From NCBI GenBank assembly GCA_044375975.1, contig JBILLQ010000006.1:1901-65900 (forward strand): 64,000 bases of DNA. The letters run 5' to 3'. This stretch comes from Prochlorococcaceae cyanobacterium. Its GTDB lineage: Bacteria > Cyanobacteriota > Cyanobacteriia > PCC-6307 > Cyanobiaceae. A program made the translations under genes and the position numbers. Shown here piece by piece: positions 20,138 through 28,591 of the stretch; position 1 is the stretch's first letter, and each line of letters opens with the position of its first letter. The notes under the pieces were generated by a model. That model saw nothing but the letters and a program-made list of their open reading frames with translations, ran no database searches and had not been told where the DNA came from.

Positions 20138-21799
20138 TCAGTGTTTGGCCAGGGTGTTGACCCGCTGCTCCAGCAGGGGCTTGGTGCCAACGGGCCAGCG
20201 GGCCGAGCTTCGATATAGCCTCGCCACCGCACTGTTGTAAGTGCGCTCAGCGCTCGCGTAATCGTTGGCCGCACCGATGGCCTGGTTCAACGCCACCACG
20301 AGTGAGGATATATCGCTCACGCCGACCAGATACCTCTCTTGTACGGCGGCGGCGGCGACCTGGGCAGCCTGGAGCTGGGCCCGGCTGCTCTGCAGCGACA
20401 GCAGGCTGGTCAGATAGGTGGCATAGTAATTTTCAACTTCCCGGGTAACGCTAAGACGAGTTGTCGCTGCTTGATTCAGGGCCTGACGGGCGGCGGCCTT
20501 CTGTACCTCGGCTTGGGAGGCATTGATGCCACCATCGAAAAGCTGCCAGGTGAAGCCCACGCCATAGCCCCCGTTCCACTTAAGGGTGTGGTTGTTGATC
20601 TGCGTGCTTGTGCTGCCGTCAAGACTTCTTCCTGTGCTCTGGTCGGTTGTGTTGCTGTTGGCGTAGCCGCCGCTGGCCCCAAGGCTGAAGCTGGGCCAGT
20701 AGGTGTTGAACAGAGCGGTGGCCGTCCAGCTGGCACTGGCGGCAGCGGCCTGGCTCGCCTGAATTTCCTCCCGCAGCCTCAAGGCTTGCTCGATCGTTGA
20801 CTGGAGGGGCTGATCCCAATGGCCCAACGTGATCGGTTTTTTGGTGGGTAACGCAAGTGTGCCTGGGGGCAACGCCATGGTCTGAGCCAGTAGGGAGGAA
20901 GCATCGATCAGCTGCCGGTAGGCATTGATCAGCGTGCTCAAGGTGGAGTACTGCTGGGTGCGGATTTGTTCAACATCGGCAATGCTCACCAGGCCATCAT
21001 TGAACTGAGCCTCCGTTATTCGTACCTGGCGGCGAATTACATTCAAGATCTCGCTATAGGATTCGATCAGCTGTCTCTGTTCCTTTAGGCTGAAGTAGGC
21101 CTCCTGAATCTCAAGGACCAGGTTTCGGGCGCTCACGTCAAACAGAAGCTGCTGTCTCTTTAGACTTTCGCTGGCTGCATTGATGCTTGCACCCCGGCTG
21201 GAATTAAAAAAAGTCCAGCCAATCGTGATGCCCAGATTAACCGCTGTGGCGTTGGAGGCGCTGGTTGAACTGGTGCTTATCCGACCATCGTTGGCGGCCG
21301 AAATGGTGTTGGTGATATTGAAATTCTGACCGGGCACGTAGGAGCTGGATGCCACGCTCAATGTCGGATACCACTGGCGCCTCACGGCGATCAGATTCCA
21401 TTGCTGGCCCTGGATCTCGGCATAGGCTGCTGCCAGAAGTGGATTATGGAGCAAGCCCGCCTCCAGGGCTTCATCCAGGCTGGTGGTGCGGGAGCGCGCA
21501 TTAAGCTGAAGCTGCAACTCCTGAAGCTGCGCTTGCAGTTGATCAGCCAGAGGATTGGGCCGAACCTGGGGGGCCGCGATGCCGTCAATGCGATAGCCAG
21601 CCTTGGCTATGCCGAGTGGATATTGGGAAACCAGGCAGGCCATCAACACAATGATCCTTGAGAGCTTCCATGCAGAGCTGCCATAGGGTCTGGACTGGTA
21701 GCACCTCCTGGAACAATCGGCCAATGCAATGGATTTCTTCAAGCTCACGCCGTAGCCAGGCAACAGGTGGGATGTATTGCCCCTCTGCTCAACGGTCAT
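20138..21799 (-). CDS. TolC-family outer-membrane efflux protein
   Basis: 553-aa ORF with a two-fold repeated helix/strand pattern (..LEAGLLHNPLLAAAYAEI.. and ..LNQAATTRLSVTREV..). It ends 12 nt before the hlyD start. The true start is uncertain (possibly an internal Met). Confidence 0.8.
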   Translation of the reverse strand: MTVEQRGNTSHLLPGYGVSLKKSIALADCSRRCYQSRPYGSSAWKLSRIIVLMACLVSQYPLGIAKAGYRIDGIAAPQVRPNPLADQLQAQLQELQLQLNARSRTTSLDEALEAGLLHNPLLAAAYAEIQGQQWNLIAVRRQWYPTLSVASSSYVPGQNFNITNTISAANDGRISTSSTSASNATAVNLGITIGWTFFNSSRGASINAASESLKRQQLLFDVSARNLVLEIQEAYFSLKEQRQLIESYSEILNVIRRQVRITEAQFNDGLVSIADVEQIRTQQYSTLSTLINAYRQLIDASSLLAQTMALPPGTLALPTKKPITLGHWDQPLQSTIEQALRLREEIQASQAAAASASWTATALFNTYWPSFSLGASGGYANSNTTDQSTGRSLDGSTSTQINNHTLKWNGGYGVGFTWQLFDGGINASQAEVQKAAARQALNQAATTRLSVTREVENYYATYLTSLLSLQSSRAQLQAAQVAAAAVQERYLVGVSDISSLVVALNQAIGAANDYASAERTYNSAVARLYRSSARWPVGTKPLLEQRVNTLAKH

Positions 21800-21915
21800 G
21801 TTTCGCTGGCATCCAGGATGCAGAACTTGACCGCAATGGATCGATCCATGGAAGGGCTACCGCCATCATTTTCGGTAGCGTTGATCAAGGGTCCTTGATG
21901 CTATCAACATCATGA

Positions 21916-22332
21916 TCAAGTGGCAGTGTTCAGCTGCACACGATCAGCAGCGCCACGATCGATCTCAAGGAGACGATCCGCGAGGGCGCCAAGCTCAAGC
22001 GGCGCCACCATCCTCCCCGTACACCACGAGAACGGCTGCTGGAGCTCAGCCAGCTCAGGGATGCCCACCGGATCGCTGCTGCGCTGGAGGCACTGCAGCT
22101 CAGCAGCGATCCGGTGGCCCTGCTGGAAACAAGGAGCAGCGCTAGGCGGCTCATGGCGCTGGCTCCGGGCAGGTACCACGAGGGTCAGCTGCGCTCGATG
22201 GAGCGGCGCGTCAAGGAATGGCGAACAGCCCGAGCAGAGCGGCTGGTGGGGGTGATGCGATCAGCCGGAAAGGGTAAGCAGACAGAGGAAACGGCCAATC
22301 CTGTCGCGACACCAATTGGAAGCCCCACTTAA
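21916..22332 (+). pseudogene. Transposase/integrase N-terminal remnant (no start codon, no catalytic domain)
   Basis: The open frame reads ..IDLKETIREGAKLKRRHHPPRTPRERLLELSQLRD..PGRYHEGQLRSMERRVKEWRTARAERLV... It resembles the ..GQLRTLQRRVKxWR.. motif I recall from rve-type IS transposases. Confidence 0.4.
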
Positions 22333-22399
22333 TCATGCAAAGCGGTGGCTTGGTTTTCGATGATGCTTGACGAGAGCTTGAGCTGGTCCCAACAGCTTG

Positions 22400-22810
22400 T
22401 TAGGAGCGATGCACGTGAACTTGCTTCCAGGCCCCCTCTAGTTTTTGCCAGATGCGGGTTTCGCAGCAACTGCTAGTGATCGCTTCATCGTCCAGTCGGC
22501 GTTGGGTAAGTCGTGTATAGCTCAGAACAACGGCAGCATCGCTAAGCCAGCGCAGATGGGGCCTGGCCATGCTCACGTTTACAGAGCAGCTTTTACCATT
22601 GGTGTTAATATTAGCATTGCTGTCTTCGTCGGAAAAATAAAAACGATGAAAGGCTAATCCCTCCGCCAGGATGCCGTTGGTTTCGGCTTCGAAGCAGCTC
22701 AGGGATGGATCGCAGTAGCTCGCATAGCTGTTCCAGTCCCCGCTTGCCACGCTTTCCAGCATGGCTTGATTGAGGGCAAGAATCTCTTGATCGCTGGCAG
22801 AGTGGTTCAA
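22400..22810 (-). CDS. NTF2-fold protein, SnoaL/DUF4440 or CaMKII-association-domain like
   Basis: 136 aa; ..ILALNQAMLESVASGDWNSYASYCDPSLSCFE.. and ..CCETRIWQKLEGAWKQVHVHRS are typical of this fold. 4-nt overlap with the mtnBC stop. Confidence 0.7.
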   Translation of the reverse strand: MNHSASDQEILALNQAMLESVASGDWNSYASYCDPSLSCFEAETNGILAEGLAFHRFYFSDEDSNANINTNGKSCSVNVSMARPHLRWLSDAAVVLSYTRLTQRRLDDEAITSSCCETRIWQKLEGAWKQVHVHRS

Positions 22811-24159
22811 GAGCTGATCTGTAGCAGGCTGTACCGTTCAATTTTCGCAAATCCCCCGGCATCGCGCTGCGGGTTGTCTGATCGGTAACTAAACAGCACC
22901 TGCATCCCTGCCGCCGCCGCCGCCTCCAGCTCAGCCTTGACATCACTGATAAATAGCACCGAGCCTGGCGCCACTTTCATCTCCTCGGCGATTTTGTTAT
23001 AGCTCTGTGCCTGCTGCTTGCCGCCTGTATTAGTGTCAAACCAATGGCTGAAAAAATGTTTTATATCGCCGGTGTTGCTATGGCCATATAGTAGCTGTTG
23101 TGCCCCAATGGACCCGGATGAGTAAACCGCTAATGTGAGGCCTTGCAGCCACCAGCGCTGTAGCGCCGCGGGCACGTCTTCGAACAGGGGGGCTTGTAGT
23201 TCGCCTGCTGCATATCCTTGCTTCCAGATTAATCCCTGTAATTGCTTCAGGGGTGTGAACTTGCGATCGTTTTTAATCAGCCATTTTATGTAAGCTGTGA
23301 TTTCTGCCTTGGGACTGAAGGGTAGACCCGCGGCGCTGGCATCCGCGTCGGTCTGCCAGCTATGGCTTATTGCTTCGATCAGGGCTTTTACTTCTGCATT
23401 CTGACCATTGATTTGTAAGTACTGATCTACTGAATTGCTTGCGTAAGGGAACAGTGTATTGCTCACGTAACTTACTGGGCAGGTTGTGCCTTCTATGTCG
23501 AGCAGCAGATGGGTGACGCCTGCTATCTCGGTGGGTGTGAGTTCCTGGGGTGCCAGCAGCAACTGTCGCCAGCGCTGTTCCAGCAGGAATTCGAGGATTT
23601 CTAGATGTCTCTGGGCACTGCTGAGATCCTGCCCCCAGGCGTAGAGGCCATGCCCTGCGATTAGCAGCCCTTGGGGGGCTTTGCTGAGCAGCGGCCGGGC
23701 TGCGGCACTGAGCCGTTCTAGATCTTGATCATTTGGCAATACCGGCAGGGCGACTGTGGTGGCATGGGTGCTAATCCCCGCCAGGCCCTTGAGCATCTCC
23801 AGATCGCTGAGCAGCAGTTCGGCGGGCTGGTGTTGGCCGAGGCGTTGGGACAGCAGCGTGGCAGCTTGGGAGTGGGTGTGCAGGACGGCACCTGCACCGG
23901 TCTGTTCGACGATGGCCAGATGCAGCAGCGTCTCGGCGCTGGCCTTGCCCTGGCCCCTTTGCACCTGGCCCGCTCCATCCACCACGATCAATTTTTCCGC
24001 TGCCACCGAACCCTTGGCCACGCCGCTCGGTGCCATCAATAGCTGCAGGGGTTGGCGTTGCAGCACACAGCTGAAATTGCCGCCGGTGCCTTCGCACCAG
24101 CCCCGCTGATGGATAGCGGCCATGGCGGCCGAAAGCTGTTGGGCTAGGAGGTGTTGCAT
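22807..24159 (-). CDS. mtnBC: Fused methylthioribulose-1-P dehydratase (MtnB) / enolase-phosphatase E1 (MtnC)
   Basis: The N-terminal half has the class II aldolase motif RGWCEGTGGNFSCVL. The C-terminal half has the HAD motif LLLDIEGTTCPVSYVSNTLFPYA. The start was taken at ATG 24159 (MQHLLAQQL), downstream of the mutM stop. Confidence 0.85.
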   Translation of the reverse strand: MQHLLAQQLSAAMAAIHQRGWCEGTGGNFSCVLQRQPLQLLMAPSGVAKGSVAAEKLIVVDGAGQVQRGQGKASAETLLHLAIVEQTGAGAVLHTHSQAATLLSQRLGQHQPAELLLSDLEMLKGLAGISTHATTVALPVLPNDQDLERLSAAARPLLSKAPQGLLIAGHGLYAWGQDLSSAQRHLEILEFLLEQRWRQLLLAPQELTPTEIAGVTHLLLDIEGTTCPVSYVSNTLFPYASNSVDQYLQINGQNAEVKALIEAISHSWQTDADASAAGLPFSPKAEITAYIKWLIKNDRKFTPLKQLQGLIWKQGYAAGELQAPLFEDVPAALQRWWLQGLTLAVYSSGSIGAQQLLYGHSNTGDIKHFFSHWFDTNTGGKQQAQSYNKIAEEMKVAPGSVLFISDVKAELEAAAAAGMQVLFSYRSDNPQRDAGGFAKIERYSLLQISS

Positions 24160-24185
24160 AGGAATCAATGCTGGATTTGGCCTGA

Positions 24186-25034
24186 TTAGGTTTGGCAGCT
24201 TGGGCACCAATGGCTGCTGCGGCCCGATAGCTTCTCGCGCCGGATTGGAGTGCCACAAACGCGGCAGGGGGCACCGCTGCGGCGATAGACCCAGGCCTGA
24301 CCGCCATAGTTGCCGTTGGTGCCAGTGAGGTCGCGGAAATCGCTGAAGGTGGTGCCGCCGGCGCCAATGCTGGCCTCAAGCACCTCCACCAGGGCCTTTG
24401 CCAACCGCTCTAGCTGGGTTGGCCGCAACTGGCCGCTGGGGGTGTCGGGGCGGATACCGGCGGCAAAAAGGGATTCATCCGCATAGATATTGCCAACGCC
24501 AGCCACCAGCGATTGATCTAGCAGGGCGCTTTTAATCGCCCGCTTTGAACCCTTGAGCATCTGGTGGAGATGGGCGGCGTTGAACTCTTCGCTGAACGGT
24601 TCTGGTCCGAGATGTTTCAGCCCGGTGATCACCGATGTCAGCTCCACTGCTGGCGGCACCCACCACATGGTGCCGAAGCTACGCATGTCCACGAAGCGCA
24701 GCTCCACCCCTTGGCGATTCCACAGTCTCACCCGCGTATGGCCGCAGGCCTCGCGGGGCTGTTCCAGCCAGAGAAACTGGCCGGTCATGCGCAGGTGTAC
24801 CCCCCAGTGGCCGCCAGCGGCGCCGGTTTCTGTTTTGAGGCTGGCGATCAAGTATTTGCCGCGCCGCCGCCAGATTTCTGGCCGGCAGTGTTGGAGTGCG
24901 GCGATAAAGGCGGCTGGCTGCTCGGGACTGGCGATGGCCCGATCGCGCAGCACTTCCACCCGCTCGATCAGGAACTGTTTGGTGCGCTGTTCCAGGCCGC
25001 GCCTGACGGTTTCAACTTCGGGCAGTTCCGGCAC
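24186..25034 (-). CDS. mutM: Formamidopyrimidine-DNA glycosylase
   Basis: The GTG at 25034 gives (M)PELPEVETVRRGLE, the canonical Fpg N-terminus. The C-terminal zinc finger is CRVCGTPIRREKLSGRSSHWCPSCQ. Confidence 0.95.
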   Translation of the reverse strand: MPELPEVETVRRGLEQRTKQFLIERVEVLRDRAIASPEQPAAFIAALQHCRPEIWRRRGKYLIASLKTETGAAGGHWGVHLRMTGQFLWLEQPREACGHTRVRLWNRQGVELRFVDMRSFGTMWWVPPAVELTSVITGLKHLGPEPFSEEFNAAHLHQMLKGSKRAIKSALLDQSLVAGVGNIYADESLFAAGIRPDTPSGQLRPTQLERLAKALVEVLEASIGAGGTTFSDFRDLTGTNGNYGGQAWVYRRSGAPCRVCGTPIRREKLSGRSSHWCPSCQT

Positions 25035-25316
25035 GGGAGGTGGGCTGGTGGAGCCTGGGGGCGCCCTTTGTTCGCAGGGACTGGACAACAAATTTACATG
25101 GGCTGTTGCTCCCAGACGGCTCGACACCACCAACAGGGGCTTCTCCCGATTCAGCTGCACTGGCTAATTGCCGCCTGTCTTGGATCGGGAAATTTGCCGA
25201 GCTAGAGAGGCTTCTGGAGAGGCGTACAGGTGCGCGGCGATTAAAAAACCACCGGGTTTGCAATGAAGCAAGCTCGGTGGCTTTTGATTTTTGGCTTCTG
25301 CCCGGGGGCAGGAGCT

Positions 25317-25526
25317 TCAGGCTTTCTCGAGCTCGGCTTCGGAGAAATTGTTCGTGTTGATGCCGCCTTCAGAGCCGCTGTAACCGTTGTAGTTCACCTT
25401 CTCGAAGCGAACCACCACGGGGTAACGAATACCGGAGGTGTCGACCGTGGCGACGGTGCCGACTTCGTTGAACCAGTAAGACTCAGGGCGCTTGATGCGC
25501 ACTTTGTCGCCGCGGGAAATGGCCAT
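25317..25526 (-). CDS. psaE: Photosystem I subunit IV PsaE
   Basis: 69 aa: [51 protein letters not shown]... The track ORF (104 aa) is an upstream extension. Confidence 0.95.
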   Translation of the reverse strand: MAISRGDKVRIKRPESYWFNEVGTVATVDTSGIRYPVVVRFEKVNYNGYSGSEGGINTNNFSEAELEKA

Positions 25527-25669
25527 CGCTGGGTTGGGGATCGGGTGGCTGCCAAAGGGACGATAACTGCCATTGGTCAGTTCAATCAGAGCGGTGTCAC
25601 GAATCGTCGCCCTTGCAGGGGGGGAGGCCATGGCACGATCGCGGGTTCCCCCCTCTGCCCTGAGCCGCC

Positions 25670-26707
25670 ATGGTCGCCGCCCCCCCGCAGCTCCCTGGGC
25701 TGAGCCTGGAACTGCCGGATCCCGACAGCGACACGATCAGCACGATGGAATTCCTGGCCCGGCTGGAGGAGGCCTGGGCTGTCTGCGATCGCTTCGATCT
25801 GCAGACCGAGATCTGCCGTGGTCGGATCCTCAGGGCCGTACGCGATCGCGAAAAGCGTGGTGGCGAGGGCAGGGGCACGGGCTTTTTGCAATGGCTGAGG
25901 GAGCGGGAGATCAGCAAGACCCGCGCCTATTCCTTGATCCAGCTGGCCGACTCCTCCGATGACCTGGTGGGGGAGGGGATGCTGGAGCTGACCAGCGTGA
26001 ACAATTTTTCCAAGCGCGCCTTCCTGGAGACCTCCCAGGCCGATCCAGAGGTGCAACAGCTGATCAGTGAGGCAGCCAATGAGGGGCAGCAGATCACCCG
26101 CAAACAGGTGCGGCGCCTCACCGACGACTTCACCGCCGCCACCAGCCCCCTGTTGCCCCAGGAAATCCGTCAACGCACCGCCGAAAACCTGCTGCCGGCC
26201 CGGGCGGTGGCTCCCCTGGTGCGGGAGCTGGCCAAGCTGCCCGACCAGCAGCAGGACGATCTGCGGCGGGTGCTGAGCGACGAACCCGAACTGGATCGCG
26301 TCAAGGACGTCACTAACACGGCCCGCTGGCTGAGCAAGGCGGCGGCGGCGGGCCTGGCGGTGCGGGCCTGTCAGCTGGAGCATCTCGATCTGGACAAGGC
26401 CGTGCAGGAGGCCCAGCGGCTCGATGCCCTGGGTTTGTTGGCGGATTCCCTCGCCCAGGCCCAGGCCCTGGAGTCTGCGGTGCTCAAGTTGCACACCTGC
26501 TGGCGTCGATTGAATGGACTCCAGGAGCGGCTGTGGGTGGAGAGCGGCAGCAGCACGCCCCATCTGCGCGAAGTGATGGTCGCCCTGCAGACCCTCACCG
26601 GCAGCACCCTGCGGGTCTCGCTGGGCGAGTTGGCGGGGGGTAAGCGGCTGCGGTTGCAGCTGGTGGAGGAGTCGCCTGAGCAGCTGGATTCTCCAATGCT
26701 GCCCTGA
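25670..26707 (+). CDS. Conserved hypothetical protein (helical; possibly DUF3102-like N-terminus)
   Basis: 345-aa ORF with gene-like third-position GC. ..[45 protein letters not shown].. is HTH-like. The start may be the internal MEFLARL at 25745. Confidence 0.6.
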   Translation: MVAAPPQLPGLSLELPDPDSDTISTMEFLARLEEAWAVCDRFDLQTEICRGRILRAVRDREKRGGEGRGTGFLQWLREREISKTRAYSLIQLADSSDDLVGEGMLELTSVNNFSKRAFLETSQADPEVQQLISEAANEGQQITRKQVRRLTDDFTAATSPLLPQEIRQRTAENLLPARAVAPLVRELAKLPDQQQDDLRRVLSDEPELDRVKDVTNTARWLSKAAAAGLAVRACQLEHLDLDKAVQEAQRLDALGLLADSLAQAQALESAVLKLHTCWRRLNGLQERLWVESGSSTPHLREVMVALQTLTGSTLRVSLGELAGGKRLRLQLVEESPEQLDSPMLP

Positions 26708-26801
26708 GTTGGTTGGCGGGCCTGGCTTTGGGCCCTTGGCTGGGCATGGATCCGAGGAGTTGGCCCCGGCCGGTCGCTAGTGTCTGCGGGCTGTTCCTGG
26801 G

Positions 26802-28556
26802 ATGTTGTTGGCGCCAGACGCGCTGGAGCAAAGTCTGCAGCAACATTTCGGTTGGCTGGGGTTTCGGCCGGGACAGCGCCCCGTGATCGAGGCCCTGTTG
26901 GCCGGCCAGGACTGTCTGGCGGTGTTGCCCACGGGCGGTGGTAAATCGCTCTGCTATCAGTTGCCGGCCCTGGTTAGGGGGGGCTTGGTGCTGGTGATCT
27001 CACCGCTGGTGGTGCTGATGCAGGACCAGGTGAGTCAGCTGCAACGCCGTGGCATCCCCGCGGCCTGCCTGCATCGGGGGTTGTCGCCGCAGGACTGCCG
27101 CTCCTTGCATCAACGCCTGCGCCAGCACCAGTTGCGGCTGCTTTATCTCGCCCCGGAGCGGTTGCAGGCGGAGGCCACCCGACAACTGCTCGACGAATTG
27201 CTCGATGCCTCCCAGCTGGTGGCCGTGGCCGTGGACGAAGCCCATTGCATCAGCGCCTGGGGCCATGACTTTCGCCCCGATTACCGCCGCTTGGGCCAGT
27301 TGCGTCAGCTCTGCCCCGGCGTGCCCCTGGTGGCCCTGAGCGCCACGGCGGCGCCGCAGGTGCGTGCCGACATCATCCGGCTGTTGCAGTTGCGGCGCCC
27401 CCTGGTGCAGGTGAGCTCCGCTCGCCGCGGCAATCTCATCTACTCAATGCAGCGGCGGCCCGCCAATCCGCTACCGCTGCTGTTGGAGCTGCTGGCCAGC
27501 AGCCGTGGCGCGGTGCTCATCTATGCCCGCACCCGCCGCTCGGTGGATCATTGGGCGGCCGCCCTGACGGCGGCAGGGGTGACGGCGATCGCCTATCACG
27601 CGGGCATGGATCCCCATGGCCGGCAGTTGGCTTTGGAGCATTTTCAAGGCCAGCCTCGGCCGGTTTTGGTGGCCACGGTGGCCTTCGGGATGGGCGTCGA
27701 TCGGCCGGATGTGGGGCTGGTGTTGCATCTGGATCTGCCCGCCAGTGCCGAGGCCTATCTCCAGGAATCGGGTCGGGCCGGCCGAGATGGTTTGCCCGCC
27801 CGCTGCCTGCTGTTATTTGATCCGGGCGATCGCAGCAGCTTGGGCTGGGCGATGCGCAGCTTGGCCATGCGCCCCAGTGGAGACCCGCCGCTGCTGGATC
27901 AGCAGCGGTTGGCGCAGGCCCAGCGGCAGCTGCGGCGCATGGAGGCCTTGGCCGAGGGCGAGGGCTGCCGGGAGCAGGCTTTACTCCTGGTGGTGGGTGA
28001 ACTGGCCAATCCCTGCGGCCGTTGTGACAATTGCCTGGCCCAGCGACGACGCCAAAATTGGTCTGAACAGGCGGTAATCCTGCTCGATGCTGTTGCCCGG
28101 CGGCCGGGCGGTGATCTGCGCAGCCTCGCCGAATCTCTAAGTAGCTCTGAATCCCTGGCGAGCCCTCTATCCCTGGCGAGTCCCCTACCCCTGGCTGGCC
28201 CGGTTCGGCTGGATAGCTCTGTTGCTCTGGAGGGGCAGGTATCGCCGGTTGACCCAATAACTGCGGTTAGTAGTCTATCTCCAGCAAGCTCCTTGTCTCC
28301 AGCAGGCGCTATGTCTACAGCTGGCTCCTTGTCTCCAGTTAGCCCCCTATCTCCAGCTGGCTCCCTATCCTTCTCCAGTTCAGTAGGCCAGGCTCAACTA
28401 AATGGAGGAGATGCTGGTCATTGGGCCTGGCTGGCTCGGCGGCTGGTGCAGGAGGAGTTGATCCAGGAGAGCGATGATGGGCTGCAGCGGCTCTATTTGA
28501 AGCTGCTGGGGCGCAATTACCTGCAGCGACCTTGGCCGTTGCTTTGGCCGGCTTGA
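26802..28556 (+). CDS. recQ: ATP-dependent DNA helicase RecQ with repeat-expanded C-terminal region
   Basis: Motifs LAVLPTGGGKSLCYQLPAL, AVDEAHCISAWGHDFRPDY and the Zn cluster CGRCDNC. The C-terminus contains in-frame 18-bp repeats. Confidence 0.9.
   Translation: MLLAPDALEQSLQQHFGWLGFRPGQRPVIEALLAGQDCLAVLPTGGGKSLCYQLPALVRGGLVLVISPLVVLMQDQVSQLQRRGIPAACLHRGLSPQDCRSLHQRLRQHQLRLLYLAPERLQAEATRQLLDELLDASQLVAVAVDEAHCISAWGHDFRPDYRRLGQLRQLCPGVPLVALSATAAPQVRADIIRLLQLRRPLVQVSSARRGNLIYSMQRRPANPLPLLLELLASSRGAVLIYARTRRSVDHWAAALTAAGVTAIAYHAGMDPHGRQLALEHFQGQPRPVLVATVAFGMGVDRPDVGLVLHLDLPASAEAYLQESGRAGRDGLPARCLLLFDPGDRSSLGWAMRSLAMRPSGDPPLLDQQRLAQAQRQLRRMEALAEGEGCREQALLLVVGELANPCGRCDNCLAQRRRQNWSEQAVILLDAVARRPGGDLRSLAESLSSSESLASPLSLASPLPLAGPVRLDSSVALEGQVSPVDPITAVSSLSPASSLSPAGAMSTAGSLSPVSPLSPAGSLSFSSSVGQAQLNGGDAGHWAWLARRLVQEELIQESDDGLQRLYLKLLGRNYLQRPWPLLWPA
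28272..28379. repeat. In-frame 18-bp x6 tandem repeat inside recQ (SLSPAG-type)
   Basis: Units are agtctatctccagcaagc / tccttgtctccagcaggc / gctatgtctacagctggc / tccttgtctccagttagc / cccctatctccagctggc / tccctatccttctccagt. A second 18-bp x3 block lies at ~28151-28204. Confidence 0.8.
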
Positions 28557-28591
28557 GCCTGGCGCCCGTGTTCAGCTGCCCTGGCATTGGT

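Noticed and set aside
25298-25311. The hairpin ctgcccgggggcag 6 nt after psaE, considered as an intrinsic terminator.
   Set aside because: The effective stem is only 5-6 bp with a 2-4-nt loop, and the downstream tract on the transcribed strand is A-rich, not U-rich.
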